Below are positions 9,934 through 20,266 of a stretch of 64,000 nucleotides of DNA, piece after piece. Numbering within the stretch: position 1 is the first letter of the stretch; every line of letters begins with the position of its first letter. Source of the stretch: an uncultured delta proteobacterium (GTDB lineage: Bacteria; Desulfobacterota; Binatia; Binatales; Binataceae); NCBI GenBank assembly GCA_963794325.1, contig CAWCDG010000004.1, forward strand, positions 1,600,001 to 1,664,000. The letters run 5' to 3'. The translations under genes and the position numbers were made by a program. The notes beneath the pieces were generated by a model. It ran no database searches, was not told the DNA's origin, and saw only the letters and a program-made list of their open reading frames with translations.

Positions 9934-10674
9934 ATGAAGCTCATGCTCTGCGCGAGTGCGATTGCTGTCGTCTTGGGCGGATGCTCAGCGCGCAATGCGG
10001 ACAGAGGCGAGAGTGGGGACAAGTATTTAGCATCGAAGCCGATGAGCGCCGAGCAGTGCGCCGCCAACGCCAGCATCCAGAACAGCGCAACGCAGAACGC
10101 CGACTACCGGATCCAGTCCGGCGACAGTCTCGCGCTCGACTTCTATATGAACTCCGAATTCAACGACGGTAACGTCATCGTCGATCCCGATGGAAAGATC
10201 GTTCTGCGGATGGTTGGTCCGGTACAGGCCGCCGGGCTGACGCCGGCTCAGTTGGCCTCGTCAATTGACAAGGCCTACATCAACGAGCTTCGAAATCCCG
10301 GCGCCGTCGTCCACATCAACAACATGCCGAACCGGCAGATCTATGTAGAGGGCGAAGTCGCGAAACCGGGCGCCTTTCCGCTTCAGCCTGGAATGACGGC
10401 GGTGCAGGCGCTGGCGCTGGCCGGCGGAGTGACCGTCGATTCAGCTCCGGATAACACGGTCTTGATTCGCCGCGACGCGTGCGGACAGCCGCAAGGATCA
10501 AAAGTTGATCTCGCGTCGGCCATCAAGAAGCCCGGCTCCGGCGAAGACGTTGCCTTGATGCCGCACGACGTAGTCGTGGTGCCGCGCAGCGGAATCGCGA
10601 ATGCCGACCTGTGGGTTAAACAGCACATCCGGGACGTGTTGCCGGTGGAACCATACATTTCTCCGGCGTTCTAG
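9934..10674 (+). CDS. wza: Polysaccharide export lipoprotein (Wza/GumB-like, Poly_export + SLBB)
   Basis: Lipobox VLGG-C; YRIQSGD, VDPDGKI, AAGLT, IYVEGEVAKPG, ALALAGG. Start is uncertain (9874-9934). Confidence 0.85.
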   Translation: MKLMLCASAIAVVLGGCSARNADRGESGDKYLASKPMSAEQCAANASIQNSATQNADYRIQSGDSLALDFYMNSEFNDGNVIVDPDGKIVLRMVGPVQAAGLTPAQLASSIDKAYINELRNPGAVVHINNMPNRQIYVEGEVAKPGAFPLQPGMTAVQALALAGGVTVDSAPDNTVLIRRDACGQPQGSKVDLASAIKKPGSGEDVALMPHDVVVVPRSGIANADLWVKQHIRDVLPVEPYISPAF

Positions 10675-10705
10675 TCGGATCAGTTTCATTTGTGATGGAA
10701 ATACT

Positions 10706-12226
10706 ATGTTACCGAACAACTACCGAGACTGGATTGATATAGCCTGGCGCCGGCGGCGCATCGCGATGATGGCCGGCGGGATGGTCTTTGGCGTGGTCGC
10801 GCTAGGAACACTGCTGTGGCCTCCGCTGTATTCGTCGAACTGCCAGGTCTTGGTGCAGGACAATCGTGCGCAGTTGCTGGTGTCCCCCGACTTGCAGGGC
10901 AGCAACAACCCTCAGAATTCCGCAACGGTTAACAATCCGGTTCAGGAACAGGATCTCAATTCCGAACGCGAATTGATTACCAGCCTGTACTTAGTTCGGC
11001 TCGCGCTCGATGGCCTGCCGGTTCCACGCGGCTATGAGCACAGCTCAGGGCTGGCGGTTGCGGCCGTGAAAGCAGCTATCCGGCTGCCGCTCGAGGGCTA
11101 CCACGTGCTGCACAGCATCCCGCGGCTCAGTCCGCGTGACGCGTGGGCAATGGACATCGAGCGTCATCTCGATGCGTCAGTAATCAAGCGATCGAACATC
11201 ATTGCGGTCGAGTTTGAGTCGCGCGATCGCGCATGGACGAAGGACTTTCTGGATCGGCTGATGGCTCGATACCTGGAATTTCATGCCAGCCTGTCGCATG
11301 ACCCGCAGGCTGAGAAGTTTTACGAACAGCAGACCGCCATCCTGCAGGCGCGGCTGGAGGCGTCGGAGGGGCAGCTTCGCGATTTCCAGCTCAAGACCGG
11401 CATCGGCAATCTCGACGAGCAGAAGAAGGCGTTGATCGCGCGCATTTCGGATCTGCAGAGTACGGCGGCCAAAACCGACGCGCAGGTTTCAGGAAGCGAG
11501 CAACAAGCAGCGTCCCTACAGTCGCAATTGGGTAAAACGCCGCTCCGGATTCAGAAAGAAACGCGTCAGGAGCAGAACCTGGCGTTACAGCAGTTGAAGC
11601 CGCAGGTGATGCAGTTGCGCGCGGAGCGAGCCGAGTTGCTGACCCGTTATCAGCCGACTAGCGAGCGCATCAAGGAGATCGACGCCAAGCTCGCTTCCGA
11701 GGAAAAAATTCTCGACAGCGAGGACCACCTCGAGGTCAACGAGGAATTAACCGACGTGAACCCGGTCTGGATCACGTTGCAGACCGACCTGAAGCAGGCG
11801 AGCACCGCGGCGTCTTCGGGAAAAGCCACTCGCGACGAGCTCGACAAACAGGTCGATGCCGCGAACCAGCAACTATCGCTGCTCGTTAGCAATGGCGTCG
11901 ATATGGAGCGATTGCAGCGGCAGGTGACGTCGGACTCCGATGCGTACCAGGCCTATGTTCGCAAGACTGAAGAGGCGCGCGCCTCCGAGGCCCTTAACAC
12001 CAACAAGATCCTTAACGTCAGCGTGGCGCAGCCGCCGATACCGCCGATGCAGCCGGTGTTCCCGAGCGTGCCTTTCAACCTGGCGGTAGGTCTGTTGCTC
12101 GCGACGCTGTTTGGAGCGGCGGCCGCGTATTGGGCGGAGGAAAGCGATTCCAAGATCTATTCAATGGGCGTCGTGAACAATCTGACCGGACTTCCGATTG
12201 TCGCGGTCCTGAGCGATCGGGTGTAG
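10706..12226 (+). CDS. Polysaccharide co-polymerase / chain-length determinant (Wzz/GumC)
   Basis: N- and C-terminal TM helices around a coiled coil; PPLYSS, LLTRYQPTS, Pro-rich QPPIPPMQPVFP. Confidence 0.85.
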   Translation: MLPNNYRDWIDIAWRRRRIAMMAGGMVFGVVALGTLLWPPLYSSNCQVLVQDNRAQLLVSPDLQGSNNPQNSATVNNPVQEQDLNSERELITSLYLVRLALDGLPVPRGYEHSSGLAVAAVKAAIRLPLEGYHVLHSIPRLSPRDAWAMDIERHLDASVIKRSNIIAVEFESRDRAWTKDFLDRLMARYLEFHASLSHDPQAEKFYEQQTAILQARLEASEGQLRDFQLKTGIGNLDEQKKALIARISDLQSTAAKTDAQVSGSEQQAASLQSQLGKTPLRIQKETRQEQNLALQQLKPQVMQLRAERAELLTRYQPTSERIKEIDAKLASEEKILDSEDHLEVNEELTDVNPVWITLQTDLKQASTAASSGKATRDELDKQVDAANQQLSLLVSNGVDMERLQRQVTSDSDAYQAYVRKTEEARASEALNTNKILNVSVAQPPIPPMQPVFPSVPFNLAVGLLLATLFGAAAAYWAEESDSKIYSMGVVNNLTGLPIVAVLSDRV

Positions 12227-12231
12227 CAGCG

Positions 12232-13545
12232 ATGTATTACAGGCACTTCGGACTTGATGGACCTCCGTTCCGGTTTACCCCGTCGCCGACGGTCCTTTAC
12301 CTCGGCCCGGCTCATCGCGAATGCCTGGCCGCATTGGAATGGGCGCTGCTGCACGATCAATGCGGATTCATGTTGCTGATGGGCGAGACGGGAACCGGAA
12401 AAACCACGTTGCTGAGTACGGTGCTCGCGCGGCGGCTGCCGAATCTTCAGGTGGCGTGCGTGCCGAATCCGCAGCTTAGCTTCGAAGAAATGATGCGCGT
12501 CATTCTGCCGCAGCTCGGCGTGATGACGAACAATCGCGGCAAACTCGATTTGATTCAGGAACTCGAGCGCGCGGTTGCAAATCGACCGTTGGGGAGCCGC
12601 ACCGCGATCATCATAGATGAGGCGCAGGTCCTCAGTGACGCAAACCTCGAGGATTTTCGACTGCTGGCCAATTCGTTCAATGCGCAAAAGGGCGAGATAC
12701 AGATCGTCCTGATGGGACATCCAGAGCTGATCGATCGCCTCTCGGCGCATCATCTGCGGCAACTGCGGGAGCGAATCTCGACCAAGGTAGTTCTGCCGGC
12801 GCTCAGCGCAAGTGAGAGCATCGCGTACGTTGATTACCGGCTGAAGGGTCAAAACGGATCGGCGCGAATCTTTGAAGCCGACGCGCTCGCGTATCTGGTC
12901 GAGACCGCCGCCGGAGTTCCTCGACGCCTCAACGTCCTTTGTCACAACGCGTTGCTTCTCGCGTATTCGAAAAACAAGAACGTGGTCACGCTGGACGTGG
13001 CGCGCGAGGTGGTGAGCGACTACCAGGATATTTTCCTTCCGTCGAACGATATTCTGCATCCCGAATTAGATAGCCCGGCGCTGGAAGACGCGGAGCCCGT
13101 CGCGCTGCGACCGCGCCCGCGATGGGCGCTGGCTGCCGCCGCATGCGCAGTGTTTGCGCTGGCAGGATTCGGCAGCGTCATGATCCAGGCGCACGGCTGG
13201 AAAAGTCCCAGTCGAGTGGTTTCCGTCGACGCAGTTTCTCATGCGCCGGCTGCGGACGATCAAATTCATAAACCGTCTCTCGCTGATCCGGTTGTCTCTT
13301 CAGGATCGGCCCCGACGGCAGAAGCGGTCGCGACAGCTCCGTCCGTCCCCGCTCAAACATCAATCCGGATTCGTCCGGGAGACACGTTTCATGATTTGGC
13401 GGCGAAATACCTCGGGTCCAAAGATCGGACCAGGGACCTGATAAACGCTAATCCGCAAATTAGAGACCCCAATAATCTCTACGTCGGCCAGATCGTCTAC
13501 TTGCCATCAAATCAGCCCTCCAACCTGGCGGGAGTAGTGCAGTGA
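12232..13545 (+). CDS. ExeA/GspA-like AAA ATPase with TM segment and C-terminal LysM domain
   Basis: YYRHFGLDGPPFRFTP, Walker A GETGTGKTT, Walker B IIIDEAQ, GVPRRLNVLC; LysM IRPGDTFHDLA...NPQIRDPNNLYVGQIVYLP. Confidence 0.85.
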   Translation: MYYRHFGLDGPPFRFTPSPTVLYLGPAHRECLAALEWALLHDQCGFMLLMGETGTGKTTLLSTVLARRLPNLQVACVPNPQLSFEEMMRVILPQLGVMTNNRGKLDLIQELERAVANRPLGSRTAIIIDEAQVLSDANLEDFRLLANSFNAQKGEIQIVLMGHPELIDRLSAHHLRQLRERISTKVVLPALSASESIAYVDYRLKGQNGSARIFEADALAYLVETAAGVPRRLNVLCHNALLLAYSKNKNVVTLDVAREVVSDYQDIFLPSNDILHPELDSPALEDAEPVALRPRPRWALAAAACAVFALAGFGSVMIQAHGWKSPSRVVSVDAVSHAPAADDQIHKPSLADPVVSSGSAPTAEAVATAPSVPAQTSIRIRPGDTFHDLAAKYLGSKDRTRDLINANPQIRDPNNLYVGQIVYLPSNQPSNLAGVVQ

Positions 13546-14342
13546 GCAAATACTACGACGCAATAAATCGGAACCTCGCCACGACTCGTGAACCGCTGGC
13601 GCCAACCCGCCATCGCGCGAAGCTGGTCCCGAAAACGCGCGAGCTGATGGAACCGTCGGTGCGCGAGATCTCGGCAAGGACCGACGCGATCGCGTTCGAG
13701 GATACCTTCCTGCCCGAAAGGCTTCCGTACGATCTGCCGGCAACGCTGGCGCGTCAGGATGCTATCCGGCAGCTAAGCGAGCGGATGGCGCCGACGGCAG
13801 CGGTGGACAAATCGTGCCGGGTCGCAATCTCGGGATGCCGCCCGTCTGACGGCGCATCGTCGATCGCGGCGGCGCTCGCGCTCGACCTCAGTCAGCGGCT
13901 TTCGATGCGCACGATACTGGTGGACGCGAATCTTCAGAGCCCGAGCCTGCATCGCGTGGTGTCGCCGGCGGAACGGGCGGTCGCGCAGATCACGCTGGAC
14001 GGTTCGTTGCAGCTTCGCACCACCGGATGGCAGAGGCTGACGCTGGCGACCTGCTGTCTGAACGGCAATGACGACGAGCGCGAAGCGGCGATCGCGGAAC
14101 TCGAAGGAGTTCTGAGCACGTTTCCCGCGGCCGTGATCGATCTCGGAGTGGCGCGGCTGGATTCACGTATGTTGCCGCTGATGCGGCCGGCCGATCCGAT
14201 CCTGCTGGTGGTTCGCTACGGACAAACCGAACGCAAGGAACTGGCTACTTCAGCAGCCGCACTACGTGCCGCCGATCGAACAGTCGCAGGTGTGATTCTT
14301 AACGCTCGACCGGAGCGATCGCAAAATTTTTACGCGGAGTAA
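13542..14342 (+). CDS. CpsD/CapB BY-kinase-like P-loop protein with degenerate Walker A
   Basis: ISGCRPSDGASSIA (no Lys), A' ILVDAN, Walker B AVIDL, LLVVRYGQT, GVILN. Confidence 0.7.
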   Translation: MSKYYDAINRNLATTREPLAPTRHRAKLVPKTRELMEPSVREISARTDAIAFEDTFLPERLPYDLPATLARQDAIRQLSERMAPTAAVDKSCRVAISGCRPSDGASSIAAALALDLSQRLSMRTILVDANLQSPSLHRVVSPAERAVAQITLDGSLQLRTTGWQRLTLATCCLNGNDDEREAAIAELEGVLSTFPAAVIDLGVARLDSRMLPLMRPADPILLVVRYGQTERKELATSAAALRAADRTVAGVILNARPERSQNFYAE

Positions 14343-14349
14343 CGGTCCC

Positions 14350-15576
14350 ATGAACGACTTCATCATGATTAACGAAAAAAGGCCGCCTATGGAAAATGGA
14401 TATCACAACGGCGTCTCGCGCAACGGCCATACGAACGGCTCGCTCAACGTGGACAAGGTCAACGGCACGAATGGCGGTGGCGCGATCGAGCGTCCCGTTC
14501 CAATCGTAAACGCCCGCCCGGTTGTTGTGGCCAAAGAGCAGCGCGCTCAATTGCGCGGAGTCGGCGTCGTCGGCCTTGGCTACTGGGGACCGAACTGGGT
14601 CCGCAATCTGTACCAGAGTCAGGCGGCGCGCCGAATCGTCGCCTGCGATCTGGATCAGAAGCGGCGACTGCACGTCAGCCAATTGTACTCGGACCTCGAG
14701 ACCACCAGCCGCTTCGAAGACTTGCTGAACGACGACGATATCGAAGGCATCGTGGTCGCGACCCCGGTCGGTACTCACTATGCGATGGCCAAGCGCGCGC
14801 TCGATGCGGGCAAGTCGGTGCTGGTCGAGAAGCCGCTGGCCACGTCCACCGAAGAGGCCAACGACCTGGTGAAGACCGCGCGCGAAAAAAAGCTCGTACT
14901 CATGGTCGGGCACACTTTTGAATACAGCGCGCCGGTGCTGAAGATGCACGACATAATTGCGTCGGGCGAGCTGGGCGACGTTTTCTACATCAGCTCGGTC
15001 CGCGCGAATCTCGGACTTTTTCAGCGCGACGTGAACGTGACGTGGGATCTCGCGACGCACGACATCTCGATCATCCTGAACCTGATGGGCGGCCGCGAGC
15101 CTGAGGCGGTGAGCTGCCAGGGCGAGAGCCACTACGGCCACGGCGTCGAGGATGTCGCGATGCTGACACTGCGGTTCGAGCGCAACATCATCGCGTTCAT
15201 CCACGTGAGCTGGCTCGATCCCGACAAGATTCGCCGCACCACGGTGGTCGGATCGCGCAAGATGCTGGTGTACGACGACACCGCGCCGCAAGAAAAGATC
15301 CGCATCTATGACAAGGGCGTCACCGCGCAAAAGTATTACGACACTTTTGGCGAGTTCCAATTCTCGTATCGCTACGGCGACATCCAGATTCCCCGCATCG
15401 AGGAAAAGGAGCCGCTGTTTTGCGAGTGCGAGCACTTCGTCAACTGCATGAAGAAAGGCGAAACGCCCAACACTGACGGCGTCAACGGGGCGCGGGTCGT
15501 GAACGTGCTCGAGGCCGCCAACTATTCGCTGCGACGGGGCGGCTTGATGGTGCCGCTGGGAGCTGCACTGCGATGA
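14350..15576 (+). CDS. Gfo/Idh/MocA oxidoreductase (WbpB/GnnA-like)
   Basis: VVGLGYWGPN, VLVEKPLA, LMVGHTF, WDLATHD. Confidence 0.9.
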   Translation: MNDFIMINEKRPPMENGYHNGVSRNGHTNGSLNVDKVNGTNGGGAIERPVPIVNARPVVVAKEQRAQLRGVGVVGLGYWGPNWVRNLYQSQAARRIVACDLDQKRRLHVSQLYSDLETTSRFEDLLNDDDIEGIVVATPVGTHYAMAKRALDAGKSVLVEKPLATSTEEANDLVKTAREKKLVLMVGHTFEYSAPVLKMHDIIASGELGDVFYISSVRANLGLFQRDVNVTWDLATHDISIILNLMGGREPEAVSCQGESHYGHGVEDVAMLTLRFERNIIAFIHVSWLDPDKIRRTTVVGSRKMLVYDDTAPQEKIRIYDKGVTAQKYYDTFGEFQFSYRYGDIQIPRIEEKEPLFCECEHFVNCMKKGETPNTDGVNGARVVNVLEAANYSLRRGGLMVPLGAALR

Positions 15577-16097
15577 GTGCGGCAACTGAGCAGCGCCAGG
15601 TTCCGCAACTCGCATGCATCGCGGACGACGTCCGCATGGGCCAACGCGTGCGGCTGGCGTCATACGTAAATCTCTACGGCTGCGAGATTGGCGACGACAC
15701 CCGGCTGGGAGCGTTCGTCGAAGTTCAGCGCGACGCGAAAATCGGGCGTCGCTGCAAAATCTCGAGTCATTCGTTCGTATGCTCCGGCGTCACGATCGAG
15801 GACGAAGTCTTCATCGGCCACGGCGTCATCTTCATCAACGACCGTTATCCGCGCGCGACCGTCAACGGCGCGCCGCAAACCGAAGCCGATTGGAAGATGG
15901 AACATACGGTGGTCAGGAAAGGCGCGTCGATCGGAAGCGGCGCGATCATAATGTGCGGCGTCGAAATCGGCGAGGGCGCATTAGTCGGAGCCGGCGCGAT
16001 GGTGGTGCGCGACGTACCTGCGGGCTCGATTGTCGCGGGTCACCCTGCGCGGCTACGCGGACCGGCGCATGAATCGAAGCAGAGGGAATCGCAGTGA
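15573..16097 (+). CDS. Hexapeptide-repeat N-acetyltransferase (WbpD-like)
   Basis: IGDDTRLGAFVEVQ, CKISSHSFVC, FINDRYPRA, GASIGSGA, VAGHPAR. Confidence 0.9.
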   Translation: MSAATEQRQVPQLACIADDVRMGQRVRLASYVNLYGCEIGDDTRLGAFVEVQRDAKIGRRCKISSHSFVCSGVTIEDEVFIGHGVIFINDRYPRATVNGAPQTEADWKMEHTVVRKGASIGSGAIIMCGVEIGEGALVGAGAMVVRDVPAGSIVAGHPARLRGPAHESKQRESQ

Positions 16098-17299
16098 AAA
16101 TAAAATTCGTGGATTTGGCCGCGCAGAACCTGGAAATCGCCGAGCGCGTCGCGTCCGAGATGGATTCGATCCATTCCGCCACCTCCTACGTTGGCGGGCA
16201 TCAGGTCGAAAGCTTCGAGCGCGAATTCGCCGAATTTCTCAATGTGAAACGCGTCGTCGCCGTCGCGAACGGGACGGATGCACTGCGCATCGCGCTGCTG
16301 GCGCTCGGCGTTGGTCCGGGCGACGAAGTCATAACGGTGCCGATGACCTTTATCGCGACCGCGGCGTCGATTGTGCAGACCGGTGCGCGGCCACGATTCG
16401 TCGATATCGATCCGGCGACCGGCAACATGAGCGTCCGCGCGCTCCGGAGCTTTCTGGAATCTCTGCCGCGCAACGAGCGCCGGAGTGTGCGAGCGATTGT
16501 TCCGGTTCATCTGTATGGTTTGCCTGCTCCGGTCGTCGAGCTGAAAGAAATCGCGGCTGAGTTCAATCTCAAACTGGTCGAGGATGCGTGCCAGGCTCAC
16601 GGTGCGCGCGTGCGCACTCCGGATGGAATGGCGATGGCCGGGACGCTCGCCGACGCTGGATGCTTCAGCTTCTATCCCGGTAAAAATCTGGGCGCCTGGG
16701 GCGATGGCGGCGCGGTCGCGACCAATGACGAGGAAGTTGCGCATCGCGTTTCGAGTCTCAGCAATCACGGGCGGCTGTCCCACTACGCGCACGAGATTTG
16801 CGGCTATAACTCGCGCCTCGATTCGATCCAGGCTGCGGTTTTGCGCGCGAAACTGGAAAAGCTCGCCGAATGGAACGAGCGCCGCCGCGTAGTCGCGTCC
16901 GCTTACCGCGAGTTGCTCGCGCCGCTGGATGCTCAGCCGATTCTCGAACCGGAAGGCGTCGAATCCTGCTACCACCTGTTCGTAATTCGGAACGCGCGGC
17001 GGGACGCGATTCGAAACGCACTGCTTCAGAACGAAATCGAATGCGGAATCCACTATCCGGTCCCGCTGCATCTGCAGCCCGCGCTCGCTTACCTCGGTTA
17101 CCGGGCTGGTGATTTTCCGGCGAGCGAAGCGCTGGCGGATACGACGCTCTCGCTGCCGATGCATCCGCATGTGGACGGACAGGAAATCCTGCGAACGGTT
17201 GAGGTCGTGGCCGGTGTGCTGACGCCGGCGAGTGAATCCCTGGCGGCGCAGCGGCGGAACGCTTCACCAGCCGCTTCGACAGCTTCCTCGAACGCATGA
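16094..17299 (+). CDS. DegT/DnrJ/EryC1/StrS aminotransferase (WbpE/GnnB-like)
   Basis: NGTDAL, PVHLYG, VEDACQAHGA, SFYPGKNLGAWGDGG (PLP Lys), NSRLDSIQAA. Confidence 0.92.
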   Translation: MKIKFVDLAAQNLEIAERVASEMDSIHSATSYVGGHQVESFEREFAEFLNVKRVVAVANGTDALRIALLALGVGPGDEVITVPMTFIATAASIVQTGARPRFVDIDPATGNMSVRALRSFLESLPRNERRSVRAIVPVHLYGLPAPVVELKEIAAEFNLKLVEDACQAHGARVRTPDGMAMAGTLADAGCFSFYPGKNLGAWGDGGAVATNDEEVAHRVSSLSNHGRLSHYAHEICGYNSRLDSIQAAVLRAKLEKLAEWNERRRVVASAYRELLAPLDAQPILEPEGVESCYHLFVIRNARRDAIRNALLQNEIECGIHYPVPLHLQPALAYLGYRAGDFPASEALADTTLSLPMHPHVDGQEILRTVEVVAGVLTPASESLAAQRRNASPAASTASSNA

Positions 17300-17309
17300 A
17301 TGGACTTTT

Positions 17310-18749
17310 ATGTTTGCCGGCGAATGCAAAAAACAGAAAGTGCTTTTCGCGATTGCTGACGTAATCGCACTTACGCTCGCATTCGCAATCGCGCTGATGC
17401 TTCACGATCCGGACGGCGCGATCCTGGCGCATCTCGAGGGCGTCGATCCGCAAACGCTGATCGAATGCGGCATCGTCGTAGGGTTGCTGTGGGTCGGCGT
17501 CTTCCGCGCTTTCGATCTCTTCAAGATGCGGAACGGCAGCCGCAAGGAAGCGATCGCGATCGTCAAGGCCTGCTCGGTCGCCGCCGGCCTGATGCTGCTG
17601 ACCAACTTCGCGGTGAACGCTCAAATCTCGCGCGTGGCGGTCGTCACGTTCTACGCCGCCAGCATCATCAGCGAATTGGGCATCCGAGGAGTATTGCGTC
17701 ACCTGATTCAACAATTTTATTCGAGCCCGCGCATCTCGATCCCGCTGGTGATCATCGGCTTCAACCCGACCGCGCATCTGCTGTGCGACAGCATTCGGGA
17801 AGAGCTTACGCAGTACGAATTCGTCGGGTTTCTCGACGGCGACGCCTTGGGCCACGACTATCACGGCTACCCGGTGTTGGGACGGCCCGATCAGTTGCCG
17901 GACCTCGTACGCGTCCATCCATGCCTCGAAGCTGCGATCGCAATTCCCGACGCGCCGCTGGCCGATCAGGCGCGCATGGTCGAGATTTGTGAAGAAACGC
18001 GGCTGCGATGGTGGGTGGTGCCGTGGGTTTATCGATCGGCGCCGACCGGACTCCGGGTGGACACGGTCGGGCTGATTCCGATAGTCGGCCGCCGCGGCTC
18101 GAACGTCGAAGGCTTGAACTACCTGGTCAAGCGCACCTTCGACGTCGTCTGCGCGTCGCTCATTTTGATTGTCGCGATGCCGATCATCGCGCTCGCCGCT
18201 CTCGCAATTCTAATCACCGACGGCAGGCCCATCTTCTTCCGCCAGCAGCGAATCGGCGCACAGGGTCGTCGATTCGAAATGTTGAAGTTGCGCACGATGA
18301 AAACCGCAGCCGCCGATAGCGTCCATCGTCAATACGTCGAGCGCTGGATCGCCAACGGTCACAGTGCCGCGGCCGGCGCCAATGATAACGGCGGCAAGGT
18401 CTTCAAGCTCGCCAACGATTCGCGCGTCACCCGTGTCGGCCGGATTCTGCGCAAGTTCAGCCTCGACGAGCTGCCTCAAATCCTCAATGTAGTGCGCGGC
18501 GACATGAGCCTCATCGGCCCGCGTCCTGCTCTTCCCTACGAAGTCGAGCACTACCAGGACTGGCACCGCCGCCGGCTCGAGGGGCTGCCGGGAATAACCG
18601 GTCTCTGGCAGGTCAGCGGGCGCAACCAGATCTCGTTCGACGAGATGGTCAAGCTCGACGTCAAGTACCTCGAAGACTGGTCGCTCACTACCGACATCGG
18701 AATTCTATTTCGCACAATCCCGGTTCTATTGAGGGGAGAGGGACTGTGA
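17310..18749 (+). CDS. Priming polyprenyl-phosphate glycosyl-1-phosphate transferase
   Basis: N-terminal TMs; KRTFDV, KLRTM, RVTRVGRILRKFSLDELPQILNVVRGDMSLIGPRP, PGITGLWQVSGR. Confidence 0.92.
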   Translation: MFAGECKKQKVLFAIADVIALTLAFAIALMLHDPDGAILAHLEGVDPQTLIECGIVVGLLWVGVFRAFDLFKMRNGSRKEAIAIVKACSVAAGLMLLTNFAVNAQISRVAVVTFYAASIISELGIRGVLRHLIQQFYSSPRISIPLVIIGFNPTAHLLCDSIREELTQYEFVGFLDGDALGHDYHGYPVLGRPDQLPDLVRVHPCLEAAIAIPDAPLADQARMVEICEETRLRWWVVPWVYRSAPTGLRVDTVGLIPIVGRRGSNVEGLNYLVKRTFDVVCASLILIVAMPIIALAALAILITDGRPIFFRQQRIGAQGRRFEMLKLRTMKTAAADSVHRQYVERWIANGHSAAAGANDNGGKVFKLANDSRVTRVGRILRKFSLDELPQILNVVRGDMSLIGPRPALPYEVEHYQDWHRRRLEGLPGITGLWQVSGRNQISFDEMVKLDVKYLEDWSLTTDIGILFRTIPVLLRGEGL

Positions 18750-20266
18750 ACGATCCCGTACCTGTGAACGGCGATGCTCCTGAGCACGCCGAGCGGAACC
18801 GCTGGTTGTGGAGCGCGTTCGCTCGCTCGATTCGCGACAACATGGTCGCAGAGGTCGTGGTCCAGGTTCTGCGCATCGGCGGGATAGTTGTGCTCGCGCG
18901 CGCGCTATCGCCGAATGATTTCGGTCTGTTCAAAATTCTGGTCGTCGTCTCGACCTTCGCGATGCTGGTCAACGAGGCCGGGATTCCCGACGCTCTTATA
19001 CAGCGCCGCGACCTTACCCCAGCGCATCATTCGACCGCATGGTGGATGAGCATCGGGCTCGCGTCTCTGACCTGCGGCCTGCTGTACGGCGGCGCGCCCG
19101 CACTCGCGCATCTCATGAGGATGCCTGAATTGCGCGAAGGCGTTCGCTTGCTTTGCATTCCTTTTCTGCTCGAGGGCGCTGCGGTCACCGCGAACGCGCG
19201 GCTGCGGCGCGACATGCGATTTGGTGCGCTCGCAGTTGCAGACGTTCTCGCCGAAGTCGCTTTTCTTGTGGTTGCGCTGGGGCTGCTGTGGTATCGGCTA
19301 CCGACCTGGAGCCTGGCCGGTGGTCTCGCGGCGCGCTTTGCCACGCATGCGGTTAGCGTCCTGGTTTCAGGCGGAAAGTCTCCGATTGGACTTCCCACTT
19401 CCTCTGCCGCGCATGATCTGGGCCACTTTGCCATTAAGGTTCTCGGCGGGCGAACCGTCGACGCGCTCGCCTTCAACGTGGACTTTATTCTGATCGGGCG
19501 ACTGCTCGGGAGCTCGGCGCTTGGATATTACGCGATGGCGTGGGACCTGCTGCGTTTCATACCTGACCGCGTCTTTCGAATCGCGGGCCGCGTCACGCTC
19601 CCGACGTTTTGCCATTTGCAGGATCAGACCGATCAGCTCGCGAAAGCTTACCTGAATTTCTGCGGTTATCTTTCCCGGATCATTTTGCCCATCGTTGGTT
19701 GCGCCGCGATCGCCGCACCGGAACTCATCAGTACGATCTACGGGCCAAAGTGGCTGCCAGCCGCGGTGCCGATGCAATTGCTCGCCTGTGGATTGCTGCT
19801 GGTCGGCCTGCGACTCGCCATCGGATCCGTTTACTACGCAAAGAATCATCCCGAGTTCGACTTCTATATTCACACCGCCGGACTCGTGCTGGTCATCATC
19901 ACTGTTTTTGGGCTCGCATCCCACGGCTTGGCTGCTGTGAGCTTTGGCCGAAGCTTGGTCGAAGCGTTGATCAGCATCGTGGGAATGTGGCTTTCCTGCC
20001 TCCTGCTCGACATCAGGATTTCCGATTTCGTCGTGGCGATTCTTCCCGGCGCCGGACTGGCGCTGATGTGCGCGGTAGCCGTCACCGCCGGAAAAATAAT
20101 GGCGAACGCGTGCGGCACTCACGGTGTCGCGACTCTGCTTCTGATCATAGGCCCCCCCGCGATCGTTTATTGCTGGCGGGAATCTTCAACTGCGATGCGG
20201 ATGTTCGCAGGCACCTTAGGTGGCGGCGAAACCGCGCCGATCGTCGTGGCGCAGGAGCTTCAATGA
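18746..20266 (+). CDS. wzx: Wzx-type flippase (PST family)
   Basis: LARALSPNDFG, ALIQRRDL, DFILIGRLLGSSALGYY, YGPKWLPA; multiple TMs. Confidence 0.88.
   Translation: MNDPVPVNGDAPEHAERNRWLWSAFARSIRDNMVAEVVVQVLRIGGIVVLARALSPNDFGLFKILVVVSTFAMLVNEAGIPDALIQRRDLTPAHHSTAWWMSIGLASLTCGLLYGGAPALAHLMRMPELREGVRLLCIPFLLEGAAVTANARLRRDMRFGALAVADVLAEVAFLVVALGLLWYRLPTWSLAGGLAARFATHAVSVLVSGGKSPIGLPTSSAAHDLGHFAIKVLGGRTVDALAFNVDFILIGRLLGSSALGYYAMAWDLLRFIPDRVFRIAGRVTLPTFCHLQDQTDQLAKAYLNFCGYLSRIILPIVGCAAIAAPELISTIYGPKWLPAAVPMQLLACGLLLVGLRLAIGSVYYAKNHPEFDFYIHTAGLVLVIITVFGLASHGLAAVSFGRSLVEALISIVGMWLSCLLLDIRISDFVVAILPGAGLALMCAVAVTAGKIMANACGTHGVATLLLIIGPPAIVYCWRESSTAMRMFAGTLGGGETAPIVVAQELQ

Noticed and set aside
14350-14500. 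Asn-Gly-rich N-terminal extension of the oxidoreductase as a separate peptide
   Set aside because: It is in frame with the enzyme and probably a disordered extension; nothing supports a separate product.
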